Virus genome (UHGV): UHGV-0083175
Source of the DNA: a virus
Reading direction: 5' to 3' (one strand)
Length of the DNA stretch: 52,653 bases
This document shows, in pieces, positions 52,101 through 52,653 of the stretch. The position numbers were made by a program, and so were the translations under genes. The first letter of the stretch is position 1. Every line of letters starts with the position of its first letter. The notes under the pieces were generated by a model. That model was given only the letters and a program-made list of their open reading frames with translations. It was not told the DNA's origin and did no database searches.

Positions 52101-52603
52101 ATATCAGTGCGAACTCGGGCACGCTCAATAATGTGACCATTAACCAGAACTGCCGGATACTTGGAAAACTGTCTGCCAACCAGATTGAAGGCGATATTGT
52201 TAAAACCGTGGGGAAGGCTTTCCCGCGGGACTCCCGCGCACCGGAGCGGTGGCCATCGGGGACCATTACCGTCAGGATTTATGACGATCAGCCTTTTGAC
52301 CGGCAAATTGTGATCCCGGCAGTGGCTTTCAGCGGCGCTAAACATGAGAGAGAGCATAACGATATTTATTCATCATGCCGGCTGATGGTGAAATGTAACG
52401 GCAGGGTGCTTTTTGAAAGGACGGCGCTGGCTGAGTCTCAGGTGTATTCAGGGGTGATTGATATGCCTGCAGGAAGGGGGCATATGACGCTGGAGTTTTC
52501 TGTGTCTGCCTGGCTGGTGAATGGATGGTACCCGACAGCGAGTATCAGCGATCTGCTGGTTGTCGTGATGAAGAAGTCCACGGCGGGTATCAGTATTTCG
52601 TGA
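49130..52603 (+). CDS. J: Host specificity / central tail fibre protein J
   Basis: GTG start. [22 protein letters not shown]... and long blocks collinear with recalled lambda J; 1157 aa. Confidence 0.95.
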   Translation: MGKGGGKGHTPREAKDNLKSTQMMSVIDAIGEGPVEGPVKGLQSILVNKTPLTDTDGNPVIHGVTAVWRAGEQEQTPPEGFESSGAETALGVEVTKAKPVTRTITSANIDRLRVTFGVQSLVETTSKGDRNPSSVRLLIQLERNGHWVTEKDITINGKTTSQYLMSVILNNLPERPFNIRMVRETADSTTDQLQNRTLWSSYTEIIDVKQCYPNTAIVGLQVDAEQFGGQQLTVNYHIRGRIIQVPSNYDPEKRTYSGIWDGSLKPAYSNNPAWCLWDMLTHPRYGMGKRLGAADVDKWALYAIGQYCDQTVPDGFGGTEPRMTFNAYLSQQRKVWDVLGDFCSAMRCMPVWNGQTLTFVQDRPSDVVWPYTNSDVVVDDNGVGFRYSFSALKDRHTAVEVNYTDPQNGWQTSTELVEDPDAILRYGRNLLKMDAFGCTSRGQAHRAGLWVIKTELLETQTVDFMLGSQGLRHTPGDIIEICDNDYAGTLTGGRILSMDAASRTLTLDREVTLPETGTSTVNLINGSGKPVRVDITAHPAPDRIQVSVLPDGVETYGVWGLSLPSLRRRLFRCVSIRENTDGTFAITAVQHVPEKEAIVDNGATFEPLSGSLNSVIPPAVQHLTVEVSASDGQYLALAKWDTPRVVKGVRFSLRLTSGSGENSRLVTSAITADTEHRFSGLPPGEYTLTVRAINSYGQQGEPATTTFRINAPAAPASIELTPGYYQITAVPHLTVYDPTVQFEFWFSEAKIADTSQVETSARYLGTGSQWSVSGPHIKPGKDFWFYVRSVNLVGKSAFVEASGRASNDAEGYLGLFREKIGKLHLAQGMWELIDNSQLDDEMAEMKTTITETRNEITQTVSKTLEDQSATIQQIQRVQTGTNHDLAALYMLKVQKTKNGIPYVAGIGAGIEDADGQPLSNILLQADRIAMINPENGNTTPLFVAQGNQLFMNDVFLKRLFAVSITSSGNPPTFSLTPEGRLTARNADISGHISANSGTLNNVTINQNCRILGKLSANQIEGDIVKTVGKAFPRDSRAPERWPSGTITVRIYDDQPFDRQIVIPAVAFSGAKHEREHNDIYSSCRLMVKCNGRVLFERTALAESQVYSGVIDMPAGRGHMTLEFSVSAWLVNGWYPTASISDLLVVVMKKSTAGISIS

Positions 52604-52653
52604 TCATGAGGAGCCGGATTGCCGGAAGGAGACAAAAACCGTACATTATGCGC

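Noticed and set aside
51017-52357. 446-aa minus-strand ORF
   Set aside because: It lies entirely inside and antisense to J, whose identity is unambiguous. Its composition is Arg/His/Pro-biased, which is typical of an antisense shadow.

Overview
This window is the right two-thirds of a lambdoid (Rac/Qin/phi-P27-like mosaic) enterobacterial prophage, all on the + strand. In order it contains:

- a replication module (YdaS/YdaT/YdaU-like proteins and a P-like loader);
- a nin-type region (hok/sok, a DUF968 protein, rusA, antiterminator Q);
- the late promoter PR' with tR';
- a long accessory stretch: membrane-protein moron, orphan N6-adenine methyltransferase, 2 tRNAs, TolA-domain lipoprotein, AraC-type regulator, repeated structured-RNA modules and nanS-p esterase;
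- a lysis cassette (S21-type pinholin, SAR endolysin, Rz/Rz1);
- an HNH-cos-terS-terL packaging module;
- HK97-type head genes and lambda-like tail genes through J.

The most striking feature is a ~9.6-kb integrase-bearing, PICI-like satellite (22371-31932). It is inserted inside the prophage terL gene exactly at the Walker A codons. It carries its own cos-like site, a terS paralogue, a capsid-protein paralogue, a replication module with iterons, an SSB and a PerC-like regulator.

Other notable items:
- two lipoproteins that mimic the C-terminal domains of TolA and TonB;
- a 1.3-kb two-gene cassette wedged between the holin and endolysin genes;
- an OmpC-type porin moron between tail genes M and L;
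- two families of repeated sRNA-like modules, upstream of nanS-p and between tail genes I and J.

No rRNA, CRISPR array or stx genes were seen. All homology calls rest on reading the translations and recalling known families. No searches or computations were run.
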